From the human T2T-CHM13v2.0 reference genome, Homo sapiens, in the NCBI RefSeq assembly GCF_009914755.1, contig NC_060930.1: DNA of 64,000 nucleotides; one strand, written 5' to 3'. Made by a program: the position numbers and the translations under genes. Positions 43,538 through 56,099 of this stretch are shown here, piece by piece. Below the pieces are notes generated by a model that had not been told where the DNA came from, searched no databases, and worked only from the letters and a program-made list of their open reading frames with translations. The number at the start of each line of letters is the position of its first letter. Within the stretch, counting starts at the first letter, position 1.

Positions 43538-43961
43538 AGGGCAATGGTTAAAATGATCTGTTGGCCATTTCTATCACTGTCCATCCCACTTGTCCTCCCT
43601 CAGACACTCGGGACAAGAGTCCAAGGATCCCAGACCTCTGACTTTCTTTCTGCCCTAGTTTCATGGAGGTGAACTGATGGATTCATAGCCATGCATCTTT
43701 GAGAGTTGTTGGAGTACAGTTTCATTCCCTAGGATTAGGGAAGATCTTGGATTCAAATCCATAGACTCTTCCTGAGCTCCCACTGCATCCCAGCTTTTGA
43801 AAGAATTCCTCCCCGTGCACCACCACTCTTCACCCTCACGACAATTCTATGGGCATCACGTTTCTTATGGCAAAGAGCCTTGTAGGACTGAGGTTCAAGC
43901 TGGGTTCACACAGCCAGGTACTTGGTGCCCTTTCTCCCACCACATCTCCTACCACCTCCTT

Positions 43962-44888
43962 GCTGCCTTGCTCCCCGGCTAAGCTGGGTCTGTGCCTCTA
44001 TCTCCATGGTATCTACATCACTGCTTTTAACTCCTACCATCGAGTGATCCCGCAGACAATGCACCATGGTGATGGACGATGGGCCCATGCCCTAGGAGGG
44101 AGGGGGACAGAGGGCGAACGAAGGGGCTGAGACGAAGGAGCTGTGAGGTCTTTACATTCACAGCCTCAGGTCTTAGGGCTAATGAGAACGAATGACTGGG
44201 ATAAGCCAGGTGCCTTTCCAGACACCTACGGAAGGATCGAGAATCTTATTTGGCAGTGACACCAGTTCTACCCCACAGAGATGGGAAGAGATCAGGACAG
44301 CATTGACCTAAGGGCCATCCTATGCTCATGTAAGGTCGGTCCTGCTGAGTCCTGCTGCCAGGAACAGGAGTCAGGGTGCATATCGGGCACCAGGCATGAG
44401 GATTTGTCACTGGGAACAAGGATGTGTGGAGACCGTGCAAAGCAACCCGACCTCTCCTACTGTGGGACCCTCTGGCCCAGGGTTATCTCCATGTCACCTG
44501 GTGGGCTCCTGAGCAACTTTTCTGCTTTTTTGTATGCAGGGAGGTGAAATGACCCAGAACAAGCCCTGAAATCCAAGCAGGTTGGTGTGAACTTCTGAAA
44601 CCTCTGATGCCAAACCAGCACCTCCCAGATACTCTGGAGCCAGCACACATGCTCTGCACCCAAGGCCATGTGGCTTCTGCTGACAGGCCCCAGCCCATCA
44701 GTGCATCTGATCCTGCAGCCCATGTGGCTTAGCTTTCCTTCTCTCTCTGCCCCGAATTCCCCACCCCTCACTGGCTCACTTCTGCTCATGCTTCAGCCTC
44801 CTGGCTTCCTCTGGGAAGCTGCCTTGCTCCCCGGCTGAGCTGGGTCCATGCCTGTATCTCCATGGTACCTATGTCACTGCTTTTAACT
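43962..44888 (+). repeat. Dispersed 71-bp direct repeat (43962-44032 and 44818-44888)
   Basis: gctgccttgctccccggct..ctccatggt..tcactgcttttaact; 7 mismatches in 71, no gaps. Confidence 0.85.
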
Positions 44889-46971
44889 GTGCTATGTTTT
44901 GAGGACCTGTTCAGGAGCTGTTTCCTGCACCAAGCCGAGAGCACTCACAGCAGCACCCATGGTAGGAGCTCTGTGCATACCTGGTGGATTAACATGTGCC
45001 AATTACAGTGTGGCCACAAATCCAGGACAGCACCACCATTTCCTTCACCCGAGGTTTGAAGGAGAAAGAACAGGGGTGAGGGGAGAATAGGATCGAGTAC
45101 AAGTCCGGAGGGACTGACTGGGTGCAGGGCAGAGGGCAGCTCTGTCTGCGCCCATTCTCCATGCTATTGAGATAGCCATATGAAGACACAAGCCAACCAA
45201 GGCATCTGCCCTGCCTTCACGGACACCTGCGACTCTGCCTGGGCCGTGGAGATCCAGACACAGACAGCAATGCCCCAGCAACTGCCTCCACGGTCTCTGT
45301 GGGGAGTAGCAGCATTGTGATCATTGCAACAGCAGCCACCGCGGGCAGAGTTCCTCCTGCGTGCCAGGAGCCATGGCAGGTGCGATACCTGCCTCGCTTC
45401 GTTGACCCTGACAAGGTCACAGGGCAGGGGATCATTAGACCCAAATTTCAAATGAGGAACACACAGCTGTAGTCTGCACTGGACACGCACATGCCTTGAT
45501 AGCACAAGGCACCATTACTGAGTGTCCATGGTGCTGTGTATATATTCACTATTGAAAGAACAACAGTGGCACCTCCCTGCCTGTGAGCGTGGCCTTGTTG
45601 CTGTTCTAGTGGGGGCAGGGGGACACCAGTAGAGGCCAGCGGGGTTTTTCACCCAGAAGCTAAAGAAAAGGAAGAGGTGGTTTGGAGGGAAAATTGTTGA
45701 CTGAAGAATTCAACTATTGGGAGCCAGCTGACTCCACTCTATTTATTTTTCTATTAAGATGGTTTACTGAATTATTTGAATTGCAGGAATCCAGTCATTT
45801 TAATTTGCTCAGATGTGGCTTATTGAACTTTGATTTTCTGTGCTGAAGAGCAAACAGAACGTTCAAACAAATTTAAGTTGGGCACGTTTAAATGAAGCGC
45901 AGCATTGCGTCGGCGGCTCTGTGTGGAGCGTTATCAGGATTTGCTCAATGCGTGTGCACAGAGATGCAAAATTGCCTTTACCAGAATCAATCTTGGGTTA
46001 TGTGTGGTCCAAAGAATGCTTCTAAGCCCCCTGCGGTAGGAGTGAGACCTGGAAGATATGGGCAATGAGACAAAGGCCCCCAGACCACCACTGGGGAGGG
46101 GGTTCTATTCACAGGACGGGGGAGCCTGCTTGGGAAGGAGCAGGGACAGAGCTGGGCTGCTCTGCATGACACAGCGGGACAGGGATTGGCTGGGAGGAGA
46201 TGGAGTGAGTATTCAAAAGGCAGGAGGAGGGAGACAGGGCCGCAGACCTCAGGGTGGGAGGGGTATGTGGGGTTGGGAGGCCCTGACGGGTCTCTGGAAG
46301 GCGAAGGAGCTGGCAGGGCTTCCAGGTTCACTGTGGAGCAGCTGGGGTGCTCTTTTGTCTGCTCTGCCTGCCTCCGAGGTCTCTGGGTGTCTCCCTGGCT
46401 CACTAAAGCTCGTGTGTGGTGGATCTTTGAGGGGGAACTTGAAAAAGACACAAGCTTTGCCACTGGGACACTGCACAGGGCCCCCGCCAGGGTCCTCAAC
46501 CTCAATTTCCCACTCGTGTCCCACCTGCCCGGCCCCCTCTGCTCATCCCCGGCCTTGCCAGGGGCACATTTTTACCTCCAGTGCAGCTGCAGAGGGAGCT
46601 GGCCACGGGTGGCTGGGTTCACAAGTCAGGACCAAGTGATTAAGCAGGGCCACGTGTGCCCCCTAGCAATGAGCAGAACCGTGGGGTAAAACAAAATCAC
46701 TGGGTTTGGAGGATGAAAGGGTAAGAAGCAGGTGGCTAGGAGAGGGGCACACAGTGTCACCATGAGGAGGTGACATGATCCCCAGGTAGGGGGCGGGAAG
46801 GCGAGAGCGACAGCGTCAGCGTGAGGCTGGCAACAGACAGCGTTGAAACCGCAGTTGTGCTTAGGGGCTAGGACGTGCCTAAGGTTAGCCAAACAACAGA
46901 AACTCCGCATGGGGGCAGCCTGGGAGCCCTCTTTCCACACCTTCATGTCCACATGAACCCATGTGGGGCCA

Positions 46972-47090
46972 TCTCCTGTCTCAGTTTCCTCATCTGCAAA
47001 ATGAGATCGTAATTGTGCTCCTAAAAAATTACAAGGACTAAGTGAATTATTACATGCAACAAAGTTAGAATGCCCTCACCATGCACAGCC
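46972..47090 (+). mobile_element. MIR fragment
   Basis: tctcagtttcctcatctgcaaaatgag core motif. Confidence 0.7.
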
Positions 47091-50000
47091 TGAATGCAGA
47101 GCAAGAGATTTCAGTGGAGTGGAAAGAAATCCACCCTTGCTTCAGGGCTAACTTTAATAGCATCCCCGAAAACAAAGGAAACTCCCTGAGTACAAGGGGA
47201 ACCTCCTGCCGAAGGCCAGCCCTGAGCAGGTCCTCCCCACTCGCCCAGGTGAGCAGGGCTCTGGCCGCCCTGTGCCTGGAGGCTGCGCCAAAAGCGCTCC
47301 CCTACCAAAGCCCTCGCTTTCTCAGTGCCGAGCACCATGTTTCCATGTGGATTTACACCACTTCTTTACCCCTGCAGAGAAGACTGGTTTCCTGTCCCAA
47401 AAACAGAACTCGTGTCTGAATTGACACCAAGATGAACTCAAGGCCAGGAGCCCGGGATGAAGGTAGCATCCCAAGGCACTCCTGCAGCGTTAGCAGAACT
47501 CTCTGCACACAGGCACCTGCCACGGATATGTGTGCGTGGCTTCCCAACGTGATACAAGGAAAAGAGTAGACATGACCACAGTGGAACAAACAATAAATAT
47601 TTAATTGAATGAAAAAATAAGTAAGGATCCCGAGGAAAGTGTTGGTTAAACTGAGCATGGCCAGTTCCGATTTTTAGAACCTCCAGGGGATCCTGGAATC
47701 TGCTTCTCCCCACTGGATTCGTAGGTGTTGGGCTCTGCTGGCCCTGTGGTCAGAGGTGATACCCCCCAGGCAGGCCAGGGGGACCTAGTGGGACAGGTGT
47801 GGGAGACTGAGTGCAGGCATCTCAGACAGCTGTTTGAAGCCTCGGGCATTTTAATAAATGTCCCCCTATTTCATAGGCAAAAGTTTGGTGTCCCTGAACA
47901 AAACCATCCAACTGTAGCTGAGTGAAGACAGCACTGGTGGAAGCAGCTCTGTGCCCATGAGGGTTCTGCTCTGCAAGGCTCTGTGCACACACCGAGGACA
48001 CCAGGACCAGAGAAAGCCACATGAAAGTTTTAATATTCGGCCCTCAGGCCAAGTGGCAGGAAGCAAAGCTGAGGCCCACCCACCTCACCAGGAGGCCTCT
48101 GGTCCTGCTGCTGTGGCCAAGGAGTCCACACTGCGTTCCCTCCCCAAGGAGGTGGCAGAGCTGCACGGTCCCGCAATCCCACCGCATGGCTCCGGTCTAG
48201 GGATTGGGTGAGGGGCTCTGGGAGCCCTGGAGGTGGCCTGTCAGGGGAAGGACCAAGCTGAGGGGTGGAGGGAGGAGGGTGAAGTGTGAGGCTGCTTTGG
48301 GACCACATCACAACCCACCAGTCTGACGTGAGCACCCAGCATTGGGGTGACGGGGTCTTTTCTCCCACAGCTTTTTCACATAAATCCACTGCTCTGGGAG
48401 GGGAGTGTCAAGCTGTCCTTACATCCAGAGTGAGTCCTTGAGGGCCACCACTGAGACCTGTTCATTCCACACCATCAGGGCTAAACTGGTCTATTCCTTG
48501 ACAGAGCATCCTAGCCCCAGAGGCAATACGGAAATACAGACATGTCAGCACAGAAAGGCAACAGGATTCCCATCAAGTGTCTATCACAAGATCAGACAGT
48601 CTGAGCCACCTGCGTGGCTAGAATTATGTCTCAAGGTGCCAAACAGCTTTACACAGTTCTCGGGATTCTTCAAAGGGAGAAGAACTCCCTCTATGAGCTC
48701 GAAGACACGCGTCGGAACTCCAGGCGTCCTCTGACACCTCGATGCAGCTCCGTGAGCCTTGGTTTTCCTCTCTGTGGATGAGGACACATCCGCTCCCTGG
48801 GGGCAGGAGGGGACGGGGGCTCAGCTCTGCAGGTCCACAGTGAGACTCCCTGGGTTGCACTCCTCAAAGTCCCTTCCGCTAGATAAGCCTCAGTTTCCTC
48901 AGCTATAAAACGGACGTACACCATCTACTTAGCAAACACTGCCCCTGCACTGTGGCAAGTCTTAGAATTCTCATTTTTTCTCAGGGGAAATCTCTGACCA
49001 CGGAGACCCTGAACAGGCATGCTGTGGACAGGTGTTTACAGGGCTTACTCTGTGGCATGCCATCTTGATTATAATGTTTTATAAAGGACATTAATTACAT
49101 GAAAGCATTAAATAAATAATTAATGTGATCATCAACAGTAAACAGCATAATAATCAACAGCACACAGTCCATATAATATATTCTTGATGGTTTTAAACCA
49201 TAACGAAAATAGAAAATGAAAAACTGTAGGTTCTAGAAGATTCAAGCGTTGCCAACTCATGCCGGGAGACCTGCGCTCTGTCATAATGTTGCTTCTCCTT
49301 TTATACCTGACTCTGCCATCTGATTGCCCTGAAAATTACGGCCCCGGGTTCTAGCCTCCACTAAGAGTGCTGCCAGGACTTGACCTCAGGAGTTCCTTGG
49401 ATTCTTTCCTTCTCTGTTTTCACGGCCCGCATGCCAGGTTAGGCCCTCCTCATCTTATGACTCACTCATGCTATAACAACCTTCAAAACGATTTCCTGCT
49501 TTTAATCTCTCTCCACTCCAGTCCAGCCTGAGACCTGCCAGGCTATTCCCAAAATAACTCTTCTCGTGTGTCACTCCCTGCCCCAGGCGCCCGACACCTT
49601 CCCCGCCAAGCTCTCTGTTCCCCTGCTCCTGGCTCTCTCTCCTGCACACAAGCGCATCTCACCTCCCGGTTTTCAGGGTACTGTGCTCAGCCCGGGCCTC
49701 CCCTGCTGCCCTGTTAGAAGCCCTCCTCCCTCAGAGTCCAGGGAGCTCCGACCCTCTCCGTGATGTGTTCTTAACTTTACTCCACATTTTGACACGACTT
49801 ACCTGCACCCCACCATTAGTACCATGCGTGCCATGACATATGTGACATTTTCTAAGGCCCCTATCTAAATATTTCATCTTCAAAAGGAGTGGAGGCTCCT
49901 TTGGTTTGAGGCAAAAGCATGTTACAAAAGAACAATGCTAACTAGATTGCAGGCATTTATGTAATTATCTATTTATCCATCTTCTATACCCTTACACGGG

Positions 50001-53000
50001 GAAAGGAAATGAGAAATTGAAATGCCAGCAAAAGAAAACAAAGACCAGAATGAGAGCTCAAGAAGCACGTGAGGCCGGGAGGAAGCCACACAGGCCACAG
50101 GCTCCTGGGCAGCTATTCCCCGTGTCCCAGGAGCAGTCACCCATCAGCTGAAATCCTCCCTCCCTCTGGAGTTAGTTACAGGTCAGGGCGTCCTGTGTTG
50201 GGGGAAAGAACTGCAGATTCACAAGCGTGCATTAAAATTAAATGACATGGAAGAGGAAGAAGCAGAGAAGTGGACGTGTGGGTTCTCCACCTCCCACAAG
50301 TGTCCCCTGTCAAGATTTGTTGTCTTGGGAAGATAAAATAAGGGAAGAACAGAAGAGTAAAAGGGATAAAGTGAGGCGATAGAGAGAAAAGAAAAGTAAG
50401 GAAAGAAGTAGTCAGAAAAAAATAAAAGAAGCAAACAGCGCTTATCCTCCTACCTCTGCTCAAGCTATAAACTAAAATCGCCCCCTACTGAATATATGCC
50501 CAAGAAGAAGATGCTGTGAGAAAAGTGTTCTGTCGAACCCAGGGACCAGCGTGTGCAGAGATGGACGATGGAAACCCAGCCATGGCAAACTCAAGGACAA
50601 GACAGAATAACACTGGACAGAGAGCAGACGCTCTGCTGAGCAGGAAACTTTTGCAAGCCAAAGTTTAAAGATACATAGGAACAAAGTAGAATAAAGTAGA
50701 ATAAACAAGGACAGAAAACATGAGAAAATTGGATGCTAAAAAAACCTACTCTAAGCTGCATATTAAGTAAAATATTAAGAAATAAGGAAAAAAAAGTTAC
50801 AAATGTCATCCGTTATTATGCCAAATAATAACTAACTGGCCTGTTTGGCTTCCAGAGCGGATCAGGAACCATCTTAAAAACAAAACCAAACAACACGGCA
50901 GGCTCCAAAGTGCTTTTTAACAAGGTAAACAAGGGTACTTACTAACAATATCCCATAGAACTTAGAGAAGGCTTGGCGGAGGAGAGAGAGCATGTCGCCT
51001 AAGTTAGAAATGATGACGATTTTGGCCAGGGAGCCACACTGTCTTTCTCTTCAAGCATGGAGCATCTCACTCCTCCACATTTCAGAGAGCAAACCTCCAC
51101 GGGAGTATGTAAACATTCAGGCTAATTGTCACTCGGGATCATCCGAAACTCAGGAGAGGGCAAGAGGCAGTTGATTGCAGCAAGGATATGACAATGTCAC
51201 TTTTAGTAACTGACTCAGTCCAACACCTCAGAGTCAAGTGCTTAATATAGGGCTACTCTTTCCGTTGGGTGGCAAGTTTAGCGAAATTGACCACCTGTTC
51301 CCTTGCAAGTCTGCCTGTCTCCAGCCTAAATCAGAAGGAGCACCTGGCACCGCAGCTCGCAGGAGGTGCTGCAGCGATTGGATTTTGCCTCCTATCACTG
51401 CCTGTGAAATCCAGATGTTCTGGGACCTTCTCCACTCCTGAGAAGGCTGCAGATCAAGCTGCTAAACACGCGGAAGTGATTCTTGTTGTTTTTAATATCC
51501 TTAGTTATGTGTCTTTTCTGGAGATTCTATTTTTGTAAGTTTAAAACTCTGGTTTCCTTGCACATCAGCAGGGCCTCTACTAAAGAAATGGAAAAAAGGA
51601 GCGTCTCAGCCGTGCACTCAGGGTCCTGCGCCTCCATCGCAAAGCCCCAGGAGGACTCCCTGTTCCATATTTGTGGACTGCTCCAAGTCCACTTAGCCAG
51701 GATCTCTCGCCTGGTCTGTGGCCAGGGAGATCGAAGGTACACTCAATTTGTTCATAAAATGTCTCCAGCAGTTTTTTAGAAAGTCTGCACCATTAATATC
51801 CCCCTCCCCCGCAATTTAACATGATGTCGTTTGCATCCTTGTGAATACAGTGTGCCACCAATTTGAAACTCTAGCCGTGTCCACTAGGTTTTTGTCCTGG
51901 GCTTTCCCAAACAACAGCTTAATTGGAGTCAGCAATTTGAGGGAGAAAGGCCACAAAAATAAAAGTAACTCATAAAAAACAAGTTCCACTCACCAAGCTT
52001 AGACACACCCCTTAGGCACAGGTTACTCCTGTGGTTTGCTGGTGAAGGCCAGAACCTCACCTCTTCCTTAGACATCCCTCTGTCCCCTACCTCAAAGAAA
52101 TTCCTCTCTCCCTTAACGATAGTTCTCGCCATTCTGTTAAATGACAAAATTGATAGAATGTCTCTATTGTGCATTGTGTGACATTGCAGCTCATCAGGAA
52201 TTTATGAGTCATTTTTGACAAGACGATGGCGAACCTCTTTATGACTGGGGCTCGCTGCCCTTATATCTCCAAAGGGCTGGATGGCCCACATGCTCTCTGC
52301 CTCCCACACACGGAGGTTCTTTGCCATGTGGATACCCAGAGACTTGAGAAGGAATTTCACTTGGCAGATCACTTGACCAACACAGGAACCGGCTGCTTTA
52401 TTTCCTGTTGAAGCACTCACCTGGGCCACAGAGGAGCGGGAGTTGGACGGCCTGGCTGGCACTTCTCCTCCTTTAGGTGAACTTGCTGGGAACATCCCAT
52501 ATTGTTTAGAAGACTCTGTAGTCTCTTTCTGTTCACCCATCTCTCCATTCACGGTCTTCCAATACAATAAAGTCACTACTCCAGTGATTCTTGATTCCTT
52601 AACTAAATTGTGGAGAGATTTCTAGTAACGTCCAGGATAAAAAAATGTCTGAAACTGCGAAGAACAAAGCCTGGCCCAGAAGAGTTCGTCTAACACTTTT
52701 TGAGGCTCTGACCACCTGGTAACTGGGCAGGGGCACTGCATTCCAAAGTCGCAATTGCAGGATCCAGGAAGCTGATGCGAACCTCTCCCTACATGGTGAG
52801 AACCCTTTACCTTCCCGTAGCTTTAAATATCACTCGCATTCTGCTAGAGTGATTCTGTGCCTCTAGTCGAATCTACTGTTGTTGGTGGGAAACATACCAC
52901 AAAGCATAATTATCTGAATGACCTGAGCCCTTACTGCATCTTTCCACGTTGAGAGAGAAAGAGAGTAATTCATTCATTTAAGAAATATTGATTGAGCATG

Positions 53001-53099
53001 CTTGCCGTTTCATCATCTAATGTATTTACCATTCCTCCCAGCTGGGTTTTAGATACCAATGTGATCCATATGCTATTTGCTTACATAAGTCTGCTTGTA

Positions 53100-53650
53100 A
53101 TATCCATTTATTCAATAAATAGATATTAATCACTTAGGCTATGGGATCAGCTCTGGAAACACAGTGGTGAGGAAGAGAGATGCTATCCTGGCCACCAAGG
53201 AGCTAATATTCCGGTGGAGAAAATGTCACTAAGCAAATAACGACATAGACAAATCTATGAATACAGTTGATATGGCTGCTGTGCAGTGAGTTGCTATGCG
53301 AATGGACTCAGAAAGACTTGAACCCAGGTTGGAGAGACAGGAACATCCTCTCTGAGAAAAGGTCACTAACTCTGAAACTCAAAAGGTGGGTCCAGATTCT
53401 CTAGGCAAAGAGAAGTGTGCAGAGCAGCCCGCTTGAAGAATACCCAATGGCAAAACAAACACAACACAAACAGAACAACCCCCAGGAGCAAACCCGGAGC
53501 CAGAGAAAAGCGCAGTGTCATTGAGGAGACCCACAGAGACGTACATGGCCAGAACTGGCCAGAAAATGGGGTAAGCTCTTGTTAACATGTTTAGGTTTTA
53601 TCCTAAGTGCAGTGAGGGTCTTGCAGGGTTTTAATTAGAAGAATGTATTT
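53100..53650 (-). mobile_element. L2 fragment
   Basis: atttattcaataaata..ctggaaacacagtggtgaggaagagagatgctatcctggccaccaaggagctaatattccggtggaga is a reverse L2 3' region. Confidence 0.6.
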
Positions 53651-53670
53651 TTCTGATTATGTCTGTTAGA

Positions 53671-54268
53671 CTGGGTTCCCAATCCTCAGGCCTCAGACTG
53701 GTACAGGTCCATGGCTTGTAGGAACCAGGCCGCACAGCAGGAGGTGAGTAGCAGGCAAGCGAGTGTTACCTCTCTAGCCTGAGCTCTGCCTCCTGTCAGA
53801 TCAGCAACAGAACTAGATTCTCCTAGGAGCACTGGATTCTCCTAGGAGCACTGGATTCTCCTAGGAGCACTGGATTCTCACAGGAGCACTGGATTCTCAC
53901 AGGAGCACTGGATTCTCATAGGAGCACTGGATTCTCACAGGAGCACTGGATTCTCATAGGAGCACTGGATTCTCACAGGAGCACTGGATTCTCACAGGAG
54001 CACTGGATTCTCATAGGAGCACTAAATTCTCATAGGAGCACTAGATTCTCACAGGAGCACTAGATTCTCATAGGAGCTGGAACCCTACTGTGAACTGCGC
54101 ATGCGGGAATCCAGGTTGCACACTCCTTATGAGAATCCAATGGCTGATGATCTGAGGTGGAACAGCTTCATCCCCAAACATTTTCCCTCCCTGCACTCCC
54201 CCCTCTTCCACGGAAACATTGTCTTCCACGAAACCGGTCCCTGATGTCAAAAAGGTTGGGGACGGCCG
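53671..54268 (+). mobile_element. MER1B hAT-Charlie element with internal tandem expansion
   Basis: Degenerate TIRs gggttcccaatc / aaggttggggacggccg; body gcacagcaggaggtgag..cctcctgtcagatcagc..ttgtcttccacgaaaccggtccctg. Confidence 0.9.
53812..54077. repeat. Minisatellite, 14 x 19 bp (act(g/a)gattctc(a/c)(c/t)aggagc)
   Basis: Exact 19-bp period counted from 53812 to 54077 (266 bp). Confidence 0.97.
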
Positions 54269-54715
54269 TTTTAGGCTGCACAGCAACTGACTCTGATATG
54301 GGGAAGAGCCGGAGTGGGATTAGCAGCTCTCCAGGAAACAGCAGGATGTCTCCTGCACTTAGGCTGTGGGGAGAAGCAGCCCCACGTGAGATCTGGGTGG
54401 TAGTCTATCAGCTGGGTGCGGACTGAATCAATACGGGGGTGATCAGAAATGAGAGATGGGAGATGCTCATCGGAAACCTGAATAGGTAGATGGAAATGCA
54501 TCATTTGTATTCAGATGATTTCTCCAAGTTTATCTCTATCCTGGACTTACCTTCTGAGCTTCAGACTAATATCTCCACTCTCTGGTAGAAACCTTTATTC
54601 TAATATTCCCCAGGAAACTCAGTGAACATATCCACAGCTCAAATCATTGCCCCTGAACCATCCATTAAAACAGTTCCTCCCCCATTTTTCCTTAACCGAG
54701 CAAATGTTTATCAGC

Positions 54716-55199
54716 TGAAACGGTCCATTTTCTACGTCAACTTGACAGGGCTGCACGGTGCCCAGATACTGGTCAGGGTTATTATGAATGTGTCCGTGAG
54801 GGTATTCTGGGAGGAGACGAACATTTAAATTGGTGAATGGAGTCAAGCAGATGCCCTCTCCAATGTGGGTGGGTCTCACCCAATCAGTGAAAGGACAGAA
54901 CAGAAAAGCCAACTCCCCCACAAGTGAGAAGGACCCCTTCCCGCCTGGCCACCTTGAGCTGGGGCAGCAATCTTTTTCTGCCTTTGGACTCAACCTGAAA
55001 CACCAGCTCTTCCTGGGTTTTGAGCCTTCCAGCTCTCAAACTATACCATTGGCTCTCCTGGTTTTCAGGCTTTTGGACTCAGACTAGAACTTACACCATG
55101 GGCCCTTCTGGGACTTCAGCCTGCCAACTGCACAGATCTTTGGACTTGTCTGCCTCCATAGTTGTACGAACCAATTCCTTACAATAAAATCTGTGTGTG

Positions 55200-55230
<31 letters not shown>

Positions 55231-55324
55231 ATTTGTATGTGTGTATATGTGTGTGTGTATGGATACAAATATAGATATAGATACATATCCTATCGGTTTT
55301 GTTTCTCTGGTGAACCCTAATACA
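54716..55324 (+). mobile_element. MLT2B-like ERVL solo LTR with internal (TG/TA)n
   Basis: gtcaacttgac..ccctctccaatgtgggtgggtctcacccaatcagtg..aattccttacaataaaatc..gtttctctggtgaaccctaataca; 5-bp TSD tcagc / ccagc. Confidence 0.9.
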
Positions 55325-55489
55325 CCAGCTACAGAGGAAATAATATTGTCTAGGGAGAAGGTAAAGTTAAAAAAAAGACTCATATAAGCTATAGGATATC
55401 CCCACATTGTAAATAAACTATAGTGCAACCCAAGAAATAGAAATGAAAGCGGAAGTTGACCACAAATCAAGTAGGCTGGAACTGTGGCA

Positions 55490-55930
55490 GAATGTCCCCT
55501 GGGCATGCAGCCACCTGGCTGGAGATGGAGACTACATTTCCCAGCTCCATTCTGTCAAGTGTAGCCATGGGGCTAGGTTCAGATCAATGGTATATGAGGG
55601 AATCGATGAACTCCCAAGGAATCTCCATAAAGATGAAGCCACTGTCGTAGACTTCTTCCTTTTCTGTTTTCTGAAGGCTGAATATCCAATTTGAAACTGA
55701 CCCAGTTTAAACTCTGCAAACAAGAACCACACCCTAAAAGATGGTAGAGCGAGAAGATGGAGGGAACCTTGGTTGCTGGATGACCTGGTGGAGCAGAGCT
55801 TCCACACCAGCCTGGACTGTTCAGCTGTGGGCCGGATCCCAGAAGGGAGGCTAATATCTCTCCTATTTAAGTCCCAACATTCTGAAATCTCTTTGCTACA
55901 GGGTTTGTTTGGCTTGTACTGAACTGAAAC
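55490..55930 (+). mobile_element. Old MLT1 (I/J-like) MaLR LTR
   Basis: gactacatttcccagc..gatggtagagcgagaagatggagggaaccttgg..ccagcctggactg..tatttaagtc. Confidence 0.6.
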
Positions 55931-56099
55931 AGACATGGAAACACACACACCCGACTAAGCAACATGGATGGATGGCCGTTCCCTCGACTGGAACAGAAGG
56001 CATGTCTGCCTGCTCTGCTCACTTCTGTAGCCCCAGAAAATGAGGCAGGATCTGGCACGGGGAGGACTCGGCGGCTGTATGTGGAATGAATGGATATTG

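Noticed and set aside
42972-43551. Repeat-protein CDS from the 22-aa periodic ORFs
   Set aside because: Explained by a stop-free 66-bp VNTR unit; no splice or homology support.
45624-45641. CTCF-like motif caccagtagaggccagc
   Set aside because: A single imperfect match is expected by chance in 64 kb; needs ChIP data.
45987-46689. Cluster of 167-193 aa overlapping ORFs
   Set aside because: GC-rich region open in several frames on both strands with no recognisable protein family.
53812-54077. CRISPR-like short repeat array
   Set aside because: Units are head-to-tail with no unique spacers, sit inside MER1B in primate DNA, and no cas genes are present.
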